From Octopus sinensis (lineage: Eukaryota), in contig NC_043004.1 of NCBI RefSeq assembly GCF_006345805.1, forward strand, positions 41,850,001 through 41,914,000: a stretch of DNA of 64,000 nt, written 5' to 3'. The position numbers and the translations under genes are program-made. The notes beneath the pieces were generated by a model. The model searched no databases. It was not told where the DNA came from and worked only from the letters and a program-made list of their open reading frames with translations. Positions 42,172-57,199 of this stretch are shown one piece after another; within the stretch, counting starts at the first letter, position 1, and every line of letters starts with the position of its first letter.

Positions 42172-43644
42172 TTTACACTCAACAAACGTAATTTATCAAT
42201 GTATTACACTCAACAAACGTAAGTTATCAATATATGACACACAACAAACGTAATTTATCAATATATTACACTCAACAAACGTAATTTATCAATGTATTAC
42301 ACTCAATAAACGTAATTTATGAATATATTACACTCAACAAAGGTAATTTATCAATATATTACACTCAATAAACGTAATTTATGAATATATTACACTCAAC
42401 AAAGGTAATTTATCAATATATTACACTCAACAAACGTAATTTATCAATATATTACACTCAATAAACGTAATTTATGAATATATTACACACAATAAACGTA
42501 ATTTATCAATATATTACACTCAATAAACGTAATTTATCATTACATTACACTCAATAAACGTAATTTATCAATATATTTACACTCAACAAACGTAATTTTT
42601 CAATATATTACACTCAATAAACGTAATTTATCATTACATTACACTCAATAAACGTAATTTATCAATATATTACACTCAATAAACGTAATTTATGAATATA
42701 TTACACTCAACAAAGGTACTTTATCAATATATTACACTCAACAAACGTAATTTATCAATATATTTCACTCAATAAACGTAATTTATCATTACATTACACT
42801 CAATAAACGTAATTTATCAATATATTTACACTCAACAAACGTAATTTATCAATATATTACACTCAATAAACGTAATTTATCATTACATTACACTCAATAA
42901 ACGTAATTTATCAATATATTACACTCAATAAACGTAATTTATGAATATATTACACTCAACAAACGTAATTTATCAATATATTACACTCAATAAACGTAAT
43001 TTATGAATATATTACACTCAACAAAGGTAATTTATCAATATATTACACACAATAAACGTAATTTTTCAATATATTACACTCAATAAACGTAATTTATCAT
43101 TACATTACACTCAATAAACGTAATTTATCAATATATTTACACTCAACAAACGTAATTTATCGATATATGACACTCAACAAACGTAAGTTATTATATTACA
43201 CTCAATAAACGTGATTTATCGATATATTACACTAAATAAACGTAATTTATCAATACGTTACACTCAATAAACGTAATTTATCAATATATTACACTCAACA
43301 AACGTAATTTATCAATATATTACACTCAACAAACGTAATTTAACAATATATTACACTCAACAAACGTAAGTTATCAATATATGACACACAACAAACGTAA
43401 TTTATCAATATATTAAACTAATATATTACACTCAACAAAGGTAATTTATCCATATATTAAACTAAATAAACGTAAGTTATCGATATATTACTCTCAACAA
43501 ACGTAATTTATCAATATATTACACTTAATAAACGTAATTTATCAATATATTACACTCTATAAACGTAATTTACCAATATATATACCCTCAATAAACGTAA
43601 GGTATCAATATATTGCACTCAATAAACGTAATTTATCAATATAT
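42172..43644. repeat. 31-bp minisatellite (~47 copies)
   Basis: Consensus tattacactcaa(t/c)aaacgtaatttatcaata in head-to-tail copies with no unique spacers. Confidence 0.95.
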
Positions 43645-43764
43645 TTTGAATATTAATAATATGATATATAATATTAATATATATTCATCTTATACTAGAG
43701 TTAAGTTTATATTTTGTTATATTTTTGTTATAAATTTGTTAAATTAATCTATATGTATGTATAT

Positions 43765-43807
<43 letters not shown>

Positions 43808-44054
43808 TATATATAATATATATATATATATAATATATATATATATAATATATATATATATATGTGTGTGTATGTGTATATATACATGTATATGTATGTA
43901 TATATATATATGTATGTGTATATGTATGTATATATATATATATGTATGTGTATATGTATGTGTATATGTATGTATTGTGTATTGTATATATATATATATA
44001 TGTATGTGTATATGTATGTGTATATGTATGTGTATATGTATGTATATATATATA

Positions 44055-44122
<68 letters not shown>

Positions 44123-44249
44123 ACGTGTACAGTAATACATCACCTTATGAGAAGCGCTTTACGAGACACTGGGTTCTGTTCATGATTTTCGCTTAAAATA
44201 AAAGCATACTCTGGGAAAGAATTTACTCGTACGTCGAGGCGTTACTATA

Positions 44250-46080
44250 ATTTTTTATATATATATTATCTTATAAGATTTTTTGAGCATACGTAGTAAT
44301 TAGTAGTTATTAATTATTTGATTTATTGAGTATTAAGTATTATTTATCATAGTTATTTTAATAATAAATCTTATAGTATAGAGTGGTTCTATTCTTTAAT
44401 TGTGACTTCATTCTATTTACATTTATTGATAAACCATAACTTTTTCCATTGACAATTTTAATTCACAATTTTCATTGATAAAGCGTATTTATAATTCTTC
44501 ACTGTTAAAGAATTCTTCAACAATTTATTCTATTTTTGTAAATAACGTAATTCCACGAATATTCTTATAAACGCTGAAAAGACGTTTTCTGATTTAAAAT
44601 TTTAGTTCATCACAAAACCTTGCAAAGCTAAGTATATATTTCTATTTAAGATTTAAAAATTTAAAAATTTAAATATTTTAATAAGTCTTTTTGTGTAATT
44701 TTGTATTCTATATAAATACTGATTGTTATTAGTTATCGAAGTTATATAAATAATTATTAGATTTTAACTACGTTTATTTGTAAGACTTTACTTAGTCAAA
44801 GAGATATATAGATCGTTAATAGTTATACAAGATTTTTAAAGTTAGGTTTCGTGTCTATACATTTATTGATAACATAAATTTTAATAACTATATTTGTTGA
44901 TAGTTATTTAGTTATTATTTTAAATATTTTATAATTGTTAGATGTGTACTTAAATCTAATATATAAATAATGATTTTGTAGTTGATATTTTAGTTAATTA
45001 ATTTGGTAATAAAATTTTTGGACTATAACTGAGTTAAGGATATTTGTGAGTTTATTAGGTTTTTTAAAGCTATTTTGTATATTCATAAATATCTCTAATA
45101 GTTGACTTCGTTCTATTATAACTTATATATTGCTTTTTTCAATTTGTAGTAGTATTGTTCATTGATAAATATATTTGTAGTATTTATTGGATACTATATA
45201 ACTACGGATTCATAATTTCATTGTATAAGTATTTAGTTGTTGAAAATATGTATTTCATTATTTCATTTTAGTTCTTAACTATACATTTTTATAAGTTATT
45301 AATTAGCCAACGAGATATATGGATCGCTAATTAGTTATAGCGTTCTTTTAAGATAGTTTGTTTGTTTACAATTTGCTTTTTCATCTTTAATGTTTTAATT
45401 TTTAATATATTTCATAAGTAATAATGAATAATTAATTTATCAGGTTTTTATTATATGTGCATATATATTTATTGATAGAGATAATTTAGATCCTAATTCT
45501 TATATTTATATACATTTATATATATTCATTGATAATTTAGTTATTATTCAAATATTATATAATTATTTAATTTGAAATTAAATTTAATAATATGAATAGT
45601 GATAATTTTTTTTTGATTATTAAATATTTAGGTAATTAGATATTGACTATTACTGAGGTTAGATCATTGTGGGTTTCTTACCTTAAAAATTAATACTTAA
45701 AAATTAATATTTAACATTATAATCGATCGTATGACATAATCATAATCGTTAAAGTTTCTAGTTTGATAATAGAGTTTTTTTATAAGAAAAGACTATTATG
45801 TTATTTATTTCTTAAAAAATATTGTTTAAATATATTTTATTATTTATTTAACCTGAAGATTGACTATAATCATAATTCGAATTATCAATTGAATTTAAAT
45901 TATTGTTATTCGAATTAGGTTATGGGCATGAATTTATAAATATAAAGTAATAATTTTAAATTTTTAACTTTAAATTTAAATAATTTTATATATTTTGTAT
46001 ATTATATTTATTAATTTCATTTCTATGTTTTGGTTTATGTTTTTCACTGTTTGATTTGCCTAATAGTGGTTCTATCTCTA
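44250..46080. other. Extremely AT-rich, C-depleted block with degenerate internal repeats
   Basis: Hand count over 44701-46020: about 86 C, 146 G and 14 CpG in 1320 nt (~18% GC). Confidence 0.6.
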
Positions 46081-46085
46081 ATTTA

Positions 46086-46147
<62 letters not shown>

Positions 46148-46411
46148 GGGGTGTACTTGTATCTGTATATGCGTTTGTGTACAGATGTCTATATATTACT
46201 GCGTGCATATTTGCGTACACCCAAATTATATAACTATACAACACTTTTTATATTAAATAACTCAGAGAAATCCCGAGTTTAAGGCACAGTAATTCACTGC
46301 TGCTTTGGTGAGTGCATATGTATCTCAGTTGATATATACATACATGTATTGATACATAGATTCATATATACATATACATATATACATAGATACATACATA
46401 TATAGACATAC

Positions 46412-46443
<32 letters not shown>

Positions 46444-47399
46444 ATGTGTACAGATATATTTAGAATGTTACGAATTAATGATTGGTGTACAAAAAATGAG
46501 AACATCATGAATAATGAAAATTAAAGCGAGAGAAACAAAACATGCATTTTATACAGGGGATGCAATTAGGAATAAAAAATATAATTCGATGCCAATCTTC
46601 CACAAGATGATAAAAAAAAAGAAGAGAACTGAGCGCAAAATGTAACACTGTCTAATCGAATCCAAATAGTAATTATGCATTAAGGTGGCTCATAATGAAA
46701 CAAAAATGTATTTAGTAGCTGTTTGCATAGCACTAAATCCTTGGAAAGACTGTCGGCTACAAAGTGAACGTTAAAAGACAATTGAAGCCTTCGGAATGAC
46801 CTTTACTTTTCAATTCATTTTTGCTATATTAATGCGATTATCTGTAAAATGCTTAGATGCAATGAGTATATTATTCAATATAATGTGCCCTCAATTGCAC
46901 CTGTTGCTAACTTTTTATTTATTACGTTTTCCTTTCAGACCAGATTTTATTCAATCTGCTTATCTTTCAGTTAGTTTGCAGTATCTTCCCTAGAGGAAAC
47001 TTCTTCAGAGTAACGGTATTGTATATATTCATCTCCTATACATATTCTATGACCTACATATCTAGCAATGTTATGCTGCAAGAGTTCTTATAACGTTTGA
47101 TGCCAACAGAATATCAACTTCCTTCACATTGTTTCACGAAGACAGTACTATGGAAAATATCTTCTGTTGGAAATATTGAAAATGTTTAGCTGTTTCCTGT
47201 ACTGCGATGTCCCTGTACTACAATCACTGAACAAAACAGACAAAATGCATGTTTTGAAAATATATATTTATCCGCGAACCCATAATGAAAATTATAATTT
47301 ACTGAAACATATAGATGGCTTCTGAATCGTGATTGCAATATCATCATCGAGATTTATTTCTGTTTGTCGCAAGCTGTTTCACGGAGGATGTTTTATTGA

Positions 47400-47585
47400 A
47401 CATCCTTATGGAATAAGCTGCCGGACGAGATAGTGAAGATGCCAACGACTGCTCGTTTCAAAGTCTCTCTTGACCAGAAATGGCCTGGACTCTTTGTATG
47501 ACTACCCTCCCAGTACATAACTCCCTGTTCCCCTACATGACCTTGCTTTTGCTTTTTGAGCCAATAAAATTGAATTGAATTGAAC
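47400..47585 (+). mobile_element. CR1-clade LINE 3' end
   Basis: LWNKLPDEIVKMPTTARFKVSLDQKWP resembles the CR1 C-terminal WNxLP...FKxxLD motif; AATAAA followed by an (ATTGA)n tail. Confidence 0.7.
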
Positions 47586-47783
47586 ATTTTTCTTTACCAA
47601 TGAAATATCAAACCTTTTCAAGCGCTGAAAATTTGGGTCTTGCTTTGAGCTTCTCTTTAGTTCCTACAAAATTAAACTCTGTGGTAATATATAATAATAC
47701 TAAAGCTCAATAGGGATTTCCCGTCCCTTATTAATATATATAAACACACACACACATACACACACACACACATATATATATAT

Positions 47784-47938
47784 GCGCAGGCGTGGCTGTT
47801 TGGTAAGAAGCATGCTTCTCCACCACAGCATTAGCGGTTCGACAAAAGCGACCAATAAAATGAGTAATAAACTTAGAAAAAATAAGTCACAGCGTCGATT
47901 TCTTCGACTAAAACCCTTTAAAAAGTGCTCCAGGGTCT
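47784..47938 (+). mobile_element. SINE family B, internally deleted copy
   Basis: Head gcgcaggcgtggctgtttggtaag joined to ttagcggttcgacaaaagcgacc and aaagtgctccag. Confidence 0.6.
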
Positions 47939-47999
47939 TCTATTCGATAGCGTCGATAGGATCTTGTATACGTTTTAAATCTTTTATGCTTTTCTCACT

Positions 48000-48800
48000 A
48001 TGAAAATTCATTTCTAACAAATAAAAATACATAGTTCAATTTTTGTGATGCCATTCATTCTAACCCCATTTTATAATGCCAATGATCATGGGCCTCTGAA
48101 AACTGGAACATCTGTCACGTCATACAAATCTTACTTTCTAGTAAGAACGTAATCTATCATTTCTGGGAAACTGGGTATATTTAATTTCATACGTGAATTT
48201 CTTTATGTTCAATGAATGTGTTATAAGGGGTGTCATACAATTCTGTACACATTTGTAGCAAATGAAAGTTATTAGAATCTGACGTTGATATTTTTCTCCC
48301 ATCATGTTCTAAAAGAATTCTTATTTCAAAACTGTCACTAACTCTTGCGCTCAAGTCCCCAAAGAATTATCACTTTATATTCGATTTAATTTTTTTTTAC
48401 CGAAAAATGCTTTTTAGTTTCTCATAAAAGTGAATTTTCGATTTGATGAGATGTTCTTTGCTGATTCATCCAGAAGTGCATCACTGAATGATCACAAGGT
48501 AAATGTATGGACATATACATAAATCGATAACATAAGTCATTTGGTATATCAGTTAGATACTCAGCTACTTTAGACATAATTGCAAATCCATTTCGCATTT
48601 CCTCTTCATATCTTCATGTCTTTTACACCAACGAATAATGTAGCTATTAGGTATTTCACTATGCTGACCATCACCAACAATAAATAAAATTGTCAGAGAA
48701 CGCAACAACAGGACAAGTTTCTTACCAAGTAGAGGAGATTATTTTTTCATCTAGCGTCTATTTATCAATCAAAGTCCAGTATTCGAAATTCCATACAGTT
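48000..48800 (-). mobile_element. RTE-clade LINE APE-endonuclease remnant
   Basis: Minus-strand GFAIMSKVAEYLTDIP..RFM..IHLP, then GDLSARV, HLLQMCTEL, NTFIEHKEIH. Confidence 0.65.
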
Positions 48801-48930
48801 AATCCTATATGTGCTCGTTGGTAGTCGGTTGGTGAGAGCTTGAGGCTAACTGCCTCTCTTTGGAAAATCCCGACCGCACAGCTTCGTGAACGCCTATCCC
48901 GTTAGGTCTTTTGGCAACTTATATTATTTA

Positions 48931-49163
48931 AGAGGCGGCGAGCTGGCAGAAACATTAGCGCGCCGGGCGAAATGCTTAGCGGCATTTCGTCTGTCGTTAC
49001 GTTCTGAGTTCAAATTCCGCCGAGGTCGACTTTGCCTTTCATCCTCTCGGGGTCGATAAATAAAGTACCAGTTTCACACTGGGTCGATGTAAACGACTTA
49101 ATCCCTTTGTCTGTCCTTGTTTGTCCCCTCTATGTTTAGCCCCTTGCGGGTAGCAAAGAAATA
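48931..49163 (+). mobile_element. SINE family A, full length, with a 16-bp TSD
   Basis: ggcggcgagctggcag head, B box gagttcaaattcc; tatattatttaagagg at 48920-48935 and 49164-49179. Confidence 0.92.
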
Positions 49164-50242
49164 TATATTATTTAAGAGGTATACATTTGATAAATATCAA
49201 TGTATTTTGTGTTTAAAGATTAGCACTAGCCTTATATTGTCAAAACGCATTTCTCTCAAGTAGACTGCACTATTGGTGCTAACAAACATTACCTGTGCAT
49301 TGTGAAAGACCTAAGATATTCGTAATAAATAGAATATATGGTATGCACAACACGACACTGGTCACAGGTAATATCTCAAAATAAAAAATAAAGAAAAACT
49401 CAAATACCACATTAGATGTTACATTTGGTTGCAGATCAAATATTGTAATAGTTTGCCTAAGTAAATCTCATTTGGGGTAACCTTCTATAAGACAAGCTAC
49501 TATAATCATGATTAAAGGATTCTAATCAATTCTGATAAACAATGTTTCTCAATTATCTTTCAATGTTTGTTCTCCACGGACCCTGTTCATCTCTCTCTCT
49601 CTCTCTCTCTCCCTCTCTCTCTCTCTCTTTCACCCTTATACTGAAAATGTAGCGTCCCAGTGATTGGCTTGACATGATGCAACAATCACTATTGCTAGGC
49701 ATTTGCGATATGAATTAAGTAGAAAAAAATTTATAAAAAGCCAGATGTTAGTCTTTTACTTTTTATTTCGAAAAATGAAATTTATCGTCCGTTTTAAAAC
49801 CAGCACGCAGCGCTCGGGGCCTTTAGCGGAGTCTTTCTATTACAAGTATTTATATCACAGTTCTGGGTTCGGGAAAACACTTAACTGTGTATCTCATCTT
49901 TATTTTCTCCCACCCAATATTTCAGAGTCACAGAATAATGGTTATGGGCATTTCCGTTCCTCCTCTGAGTATAGAATTTTGAGTTTATTTAATGAATATT
50001 TTCGTGATCTAGCTGGGATCTATTATCAGTGACCCAGTGTTACAATCTTGGATAAGAAACTGACAGATTAGTTTTGCTAGAATAGCAAGTCTTATTAATT
50101 ATCACCTGTTGTATCGGATTCAGTGGAATTTTTGGCAGCGAAGTTAATCACAAGCTAAAAACAAATTAAAATTATTAGAAGTATTCAATAATTTTTATTA
50201 TGTCATTCACCCCACCAAAGATGTGCATATATGTATATATAC

Positions 50243-50283
<41 letters not shown>

Positions 50284-50299
50284 CGTACATGTGTGTGTA

Positions 50300-51330
50300 T
50301 ACACAGGGTTTATACCAACAGTAATGCAAAAGTGCAGACTTGAGCGCTACGTTTAGCATAAACATAGTCGTTCACATTGCACATGTTTGTAGAATAACTC
50401 TTCATCCATCGAATGGTACGACTCAAAATAGTTGTTAACGCAAGTCATAGTACAGCCCAGATCACGAATTCCCTTATTTGTGCACCGTGGTACCCAATTC
50501 TTCATACACAGCCCCTTCCAATTCGTGTGCCTCATCAAATCAATGTCGGTGAAAACTATCATTCATTAGATCAGATAGCTGGATAGAGAAAGACACGAGA
50601 TGGATGTGCATGGAAGATGATGAACCACTGTGGATGGGGATGAAATTTGCCGATTGATCCAAAGACATGTGTGGTCACCTATTCTCATGGTGAATGAAAA
50701 TAGTTTTCGAAGCTTCGTGCAGTATCTTGCTTTCTAATATCTTCCTTGAGATTCTTGGTACCCCAGTTTGCTACAGTCACGTTTCAGACAATCAAGGGAA
50801 ATAACGCCTTTGTTATCTCCCAAAACAGTCACCATGAGTCTTCATTCCCGTGTTATAGCAATTTGGCCACGGTTCAACTCTTTCGCCATTGACTTCACTC
50901 GAAAGAACAGACTTCCACTCTTGTCCCTTTCAATCGGGCGTTGCCTGCTGAAGTATCCACTTTGCGTATACTAAACGATAATCAAATTCTTCCATCGTAT
51001 TTTATAATACGTTGTGATCCCGGTTTAGATGTGCGGCAACCTCAAGGCTTGTGGCACGTCCGTCTGTCCGAATCAATTCGCTCCCTTGCTTCCGACTCGT
51101 GCCAATGGTTGAATGTCTCCAATTGTGTGGTCTGTCTTTAAAGTCGTCTTACCATTCTTTAAACTTATTCATCCATTTGTGCGGATTGTTCAGGTTAATG
51201 GTACCTGAAGCCTCCCGTGAATGTCGGGCAGCCTACCACTGATCTGGCTTTGAGTGTAAAAGAATATACACGTGGATCAGTTAATTAGGATTTTATTCAA
51301 CATATTTCCGTAGATTATTGCAGCGGTCCT
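50300..51330 (-). mobile_element. Degenerate mariner-like element
   Basis: MVTV(L)GDNKGVI motif (cf. mariner MxTVFWDxxGvi), N-terminal W..KFKNGKTTLKDRP, C-terminal GIRDL. Confidence 0.55.
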
Positions 51331-52699
51331 TCTGTTTTTCTAAGCCCTGTAAATGAACTCGAAGTTAGGGAGTCCAGCCAGGACTATCACGATATACTTA
51401 AAGTCAGGAACTTTTCAGCACTGCATCTTATATACACACTGTGGAAAGTGAACGCAGATCGTTAATGAACACAACTAGATATGAAAAGGCAATCTAACCC
51501 GTCTGTGCGCTATTTCTACTGTGTAACGACCAAACGTAAGATAAATACTAAAACGAAACCACTGTTCTCTGCTTTAACCAAACAACAGATTTGTTTCCTC
51601 CAGTAGTTTGAAGAGGTCAAGAGTGTATGTATAGTTTTTGCATTTAATGTTTTGCATTTCGACGTTTGATATTGTCCTTGTTTCCTTACAGTTAACCTTT
51701 CTCCATCAGCTCTATACTTTCAAACTGTCACCGTTGATGAGGGAAAACGTTTGTTGGCTGACATATTGTCGTGTACTTTTGATCTTGTCAAGCCAAATCA
51801 TTTGGCTCAGCTGACTTCTGTACTTCCATTGTTTCACTTTCTCAATACCTTCCTTCCTTCTCTTTCTCTTTCATGGCCTCATCTCTTTCACAATCGGTTT
51901 CTACGCATCTGTTGCTTTACTGTGTGTGTGTATATGTATGTATATATATGTACGTATGTATGTATACATAGATACACACATATATGCATATACATAGACA
52001 CACACACATATGCATATACGTACACACATATATGCGTGTGTGTGTGTGTGCGTGTGTGTATGTATGTGTGTGCGGGTAAGCATAATATGTATATATGCAT
52101 ATATGCGCTTATATATATATGTGTGCGTGCATGTGTGTGTGTGCATGGAAATATACGCTTGCATGTGAGCACACACATACACACACACACTTGTATGTAC
52201 ACACACATTCATACATACACACACATATATGTTTCTATACATATGTATAAACATATGAGTGTAAGGTGCGTTCGTGCTTATTTCTGTGTAAGCATTTCTA
52301 TATATTTATCCTATGCCATGTATACACTTTCTTTGAAAGGTGACAGCAGTTTCAACGTTTCACTTAATCTGGCTTTACAAATTCTATAAGAAGGGATATT
52401 AGCCATATATAAACATATTAGAAGAGAATCAACGATGGAACAAATAGTTTTAATATGTGGCAGCATGTAGTAAAGTAGAATAAAAGTTAAAAAATCGACA
52501 TGGTCGATATGATGTTTTTAAATTATTGCAAATTGCAGGGAAAATGATGGTATGCATAGTTTAGAACTTGGGTGAAATATGTTATGCGTATTGGGGAAAA
52601 TTTAATATTAACCGTTATTGTATGATTTATTCTAACAGTTTATGTAAACATGACTATAAAGAGGTTGAATTTCAAAGAAGGCTGCACTAGATGGTAACG

Positions 52700-53210
52700 G
52701 ATAATATTGGGTTCAAATTTTGTAACAAGGCTAGCAATTTTGGGGGAGGAGTTTAGTCGACCACTAGTGCTTAACTGATATTTATTTTATCGACTCAGAT
52801 ATGATGAAAAGCAAATTGGTTCTCGGCGGAATTTGAACACGGAACATAAAGGCGGTCAAAATGTAGTTAAGCATTTTGCCCAGCGTGCTAAAGATTCTGC
52901 CAGTTCGCCGCCTTGGTACTGATAATACTGACTCCATGCTGTGTGAAGGCATATACAGAAAATGTGAAAGACAAAGTCGCTCTCAGCGGAATTTGAACTC
53001 AGAACGTATAGATTAACAAAATACTTATTTCTTTACTACCCACAAGGGGCTAAGCACAGAGTGGACAAACAAGGACAGACAAACGGATTAAGTTGATTAT
53101 ATCGACCCCTTTGCGTAGCTGGTACTTATTTAATCGACCCCGAAAGGATGAAAGGCAAAGTCGACCTCGGCGTAATTTAAACTCAGAACGTAACGGCAGA
53201 CGAAATACTG
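52700..53210 (-). mobile_element. Cluster of three SINE family A copies or fragments
   Basis: 52700-52915 diverged, 52970-53010 short, 53025-53210 head-truncated. Confidence 0.75.
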
Positions 53211-54797
53211 CCTTTGCTGATCTTGGGACTACATCAGACGTGCTGCAGCATGCTTTTGCTGATGCTGAGAAAGTCTCCTCTTCCTTCTCTCTTGAGACTG
53301 TATTTGACTTGCTGTAGCATACGTTTGGTAATATTGGAAAAAAAATGTATTGGTTTCGAAAATAACTTTTACGAAATTTTGAAAATATAAAAGTTTAAAA
53401 AAGTAAAAATGCGTGAGGATAACACGAATGTGTAGATATAAAAATAATGCCTATCTGTCTATCTGTCTGTCTTTCACTCCCTCCCTTTCTTACTATTTCT
53501 CTCTCTCTCTACCATCCATCCACCTACCTTCCTTCCTACCTACCTACCTATCTACCTACCTACCTACTTACCCATCTATCTATGTATCTATCTATCTATC
53601 TATCTATCTAGATGTAATAATGCAAAACGGATCAAAAAGATCGTAGTAATTTAATTAGGCAAATTACTACTTATCCTGCGAATGAGTATATGTACCAAAT
53701 GTACAACTAGTACATATTAAGCAATGTACCATGTACTAAACCAATAAATAATTATATACAGAAATAAAAATTGAAAAAAGAATGGATTGCAACGTATGCG
53801 GTTTGTTATATAGTAAACACAATCAAATGGATAACTCAAAACCTGTTTTGAGCTGCCCAGATACCATCCTAGATACAACCTGGATACCATCCTACTTGAC
53901 AGAATTGCACCTTTAAATTTGCACAAATTTTTACATATTCAGTGAGAGGAAATTATAACGTATTACGTAAAATAAGATTATCTTTTGTGATGCTGTGTTA
54001 AAGTGGCCATATGTTTAAAGTATAACATTTTATTGAGAAGAAATTCATGAATGCTTTGCAAGTAAAATTATTATGTGAAATAGAGAGCGTAGAAAAACTG
54101 TCAATTTAAAAGCCATTCTGTGTGAAGGCATATACAGAAACAAAAAGCTGGATAAGGAAAGTTTATGAGATAACAAAACAAGAATTAAAACCAAGGAATA
54201 AATATACGCAATGTTAGTAAATAGAACAATAGGTTTTGTTTTCCAAGGAACCAAAAAATATATATCGAGCCATGGAATAATCTGGAATAATCCATTGAGA
54301 TAAATCTTAATGATCTGTTAAATTCGAAGTGTTTGAAGACCAGTAGCAAAAGACAATACTTTAATAGGAATTTTTAAATATCACACCTTACAACCATGAT
54401 ATCAGCGTTTTGATAGCCGGCGCGAATAATCATGATACAGGCAACTCTTTCGCAGTATTCAGATCATTTTCAGTCCTTTATGTCAGCAAAAAATTTCTCA
54501 TTTAAATCTTTTATAGCTATGTTCTCCAACTTCGATGATTTTGCCACCGTACATCAAGTTGTTCTTGAAAAAATGAGGCACGGATTTAAGCGGAACACTC
54601 TATAAATACTAATTCCACTATATCTGTAGAATGGTTAATTTCTGCTGTTCAATCACTCGCATATACGTACATACATACATACATAAATATATAACTGTAA
54701 ACTGTATATATGCGCCTGTTTGTAGATGTATATATATATACACACACATATATATATATACACACATATATATATATATACACACACACACACATAT

Positions 54798-54848
<51 letters not shown>

Positions 54849-54873
54849 ATGTGTGTGTGCGTGCGCGTGTGTT

Positions 54874-55085
<212 letters not shown>

Positions 55086-55740
55086 TAGATGTAGGTAAGC
55101 AGAATTAGAGGTTATAGTAACCAACTATGGGATAAAATATCCGTATTTACTATCGGTATCAGTTAGCTGTGCTAGCCCTGGGCAAGGGTATACAAACACA
55201 CTATGCACGCAGGGTAAGGTAACAACAGAATAAACAAAAATTTATCAGGAGTCAAATTTAAATAATCAGAGAATTGAGAGAACTTTTGATCAACAAACGA
55301 ACAAATTCGACCACATCTGTAGATTAATTTTTAATACAACACATGACATAACATTTCTTACGGCCGTTTCCGCTTCCAATGCCAGTCGGTGCTTACGAAA
55401 GAAATTCGAAAATAATATATACCTGCGTGTCTGTGCTGGTATAATGATGTCCCTCTATATGTGTTTGTGCATGTATAGGTGTGTGTGTGTGTTTACATCT
55501 ATATATGTATAAGATTAAATTTATGTACGCTTGTATACATGTGTATAAAGTCGTTTGTTATTTTCATACTCTAATTCAGACACCAAAAAATTATTAAACC
55601 GTTAAAACGAATATGTTTTCCTTAAAACGCTATAGAGTAAACAAAATAATTCAAAATCCCATTCACCAATCGGAATTAATTGACCAACATTGAACTATAT
55701 TATCCCATTCTTAGGGGTGATGGGTAAAATGTGTAAACGT

Positions 55741-55850
<110 letters not shown>

Positions 55851-56079
55851 TGTGTGTATGTGTGTGTCTGTGTGCGTGTGTGTATGTAAATTTAAATAAT
55901 CAGAAAATGGAGAGAACAAATTGGACCACATCTATGGAATACTTTTTAATACAGAACATGACATAGCATTTATATAACAACATATCTTACGGCTGTTTCT
56001 GCTTCAAATGCCAGTCGGTGGCTACGAAAGAATTTCGAAAATAATACTCGTCATCTTTATAGGTGGTATGATAGTAGTA

Positions 56080-56460
56080 GAATGTTAAATGGTCAAGTGA
56101 CCTAAAAGTGGTTCGTTATGTATTATAGCAGTGATTGGAACTGTTTTTTAATGAATCTTTGAGAATCTCTCGAGTGTACCATTTTTAATATTTGCGTGTG
56201 GTGTTTGTATTATTCTAAGGCCGTGGTAGATATGTCGTTTGTTGTAGATGCGTTCAAACATGGTCTGTATTTTGTAATGAAGAGAGTCTTTTTACAAATT
56301 CTTTGGCTACAGGTTGTATCGTCCCTGAATTGCTAGTGGGGAAAATTTCTGAAGCTTGGATTTTTGTCATTGGCGCAAATGTCTATGTGTTGGCTAATGC
56401 TATTTTTCTGTTTTGGGGAATTTTGATCTGGGATCTGTGCAGAGCCATCCTTATACATAG
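56080..56460 (-). mobile_element. Possible Penelope-like GIY-YIG 3' remnant
   Basis: ISQHIDICANDKNPSF resembles the post-GIY-YIG H..C..P.F segment; frameshifted. Confidence 0.4.
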
Positions 56461-56945
56461 AGATGTCTCAAGAATTTAATCACTACTACCATCCACAAGA
56501 CCCTTTCAGGGCACTTGACGATTTCACATCCTACTACTATCATGGCACTCCCGCATTCTTCTTCGTCTCCTCCTCCTCCTCCTCCTCCTCCTTCTTCTTC
56601 TTCTTCTTCTTCTTCTTCTTTTCTTCTTCTTCTTCTTCTCCTTCTTCTCCTTCTTCTTCTTCCCTGCCAAGAATTCACAACGACCTCGAACCCACAAGAG
56701 TAAACGAGAGAGACAGAGACAGGCAGAAACAAGGAAAATGCTCCTTGTATTTGAATACTATGCAAATATTCTTTTAAAAACTTTTCTTTTAATTTTTCCC
56801 AAATTTAATTGTTTTCTATACTTACAGTTGAAAAAGTCTCAATGAAAAACAGGTATTGAAATGGTTTTTTATAAAATTATTTTAGCATTTTATACCTTAA
56901 CTTTGTTTCCATATATATCAACTTGTGTGTTCCTTTACAACCGTC

Positions 56946-57076
<131 letters not shown>

Positions 57077-57199
57077 ATCTACGTATATAAGCATATATGT
57101 TTTATGACTTGAGTACCAGATTAAACTAACAAGAGTTTAAAAACTTTCGAAGTAGGAAACAACAGATATATATATATATAAAAGAATCCTATGCATTCA

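Noticed and set aside
42172-43644. CRISPR-like array (31-bp repeats)
   Set aside because: Units are contiguous with no unique spacers, there are no cas genes, and the context is eukaryotic; it is a minisatellite
44250-46080. Mitochondrial insertion (NUMT)
   Set aside because: No long open frame under the invertebrate mitochondrial code in the frames I read, and no recognisable mitochondrial gene or rRNA; not fully excluded without a search
48418-48498. 81-nt plus-strand exon (tttttAG ... aag|GTAAAT, open frame)
   Set aside because: It lies inside the minus-strand RTE endonuclease remnant, which explains the sequence better
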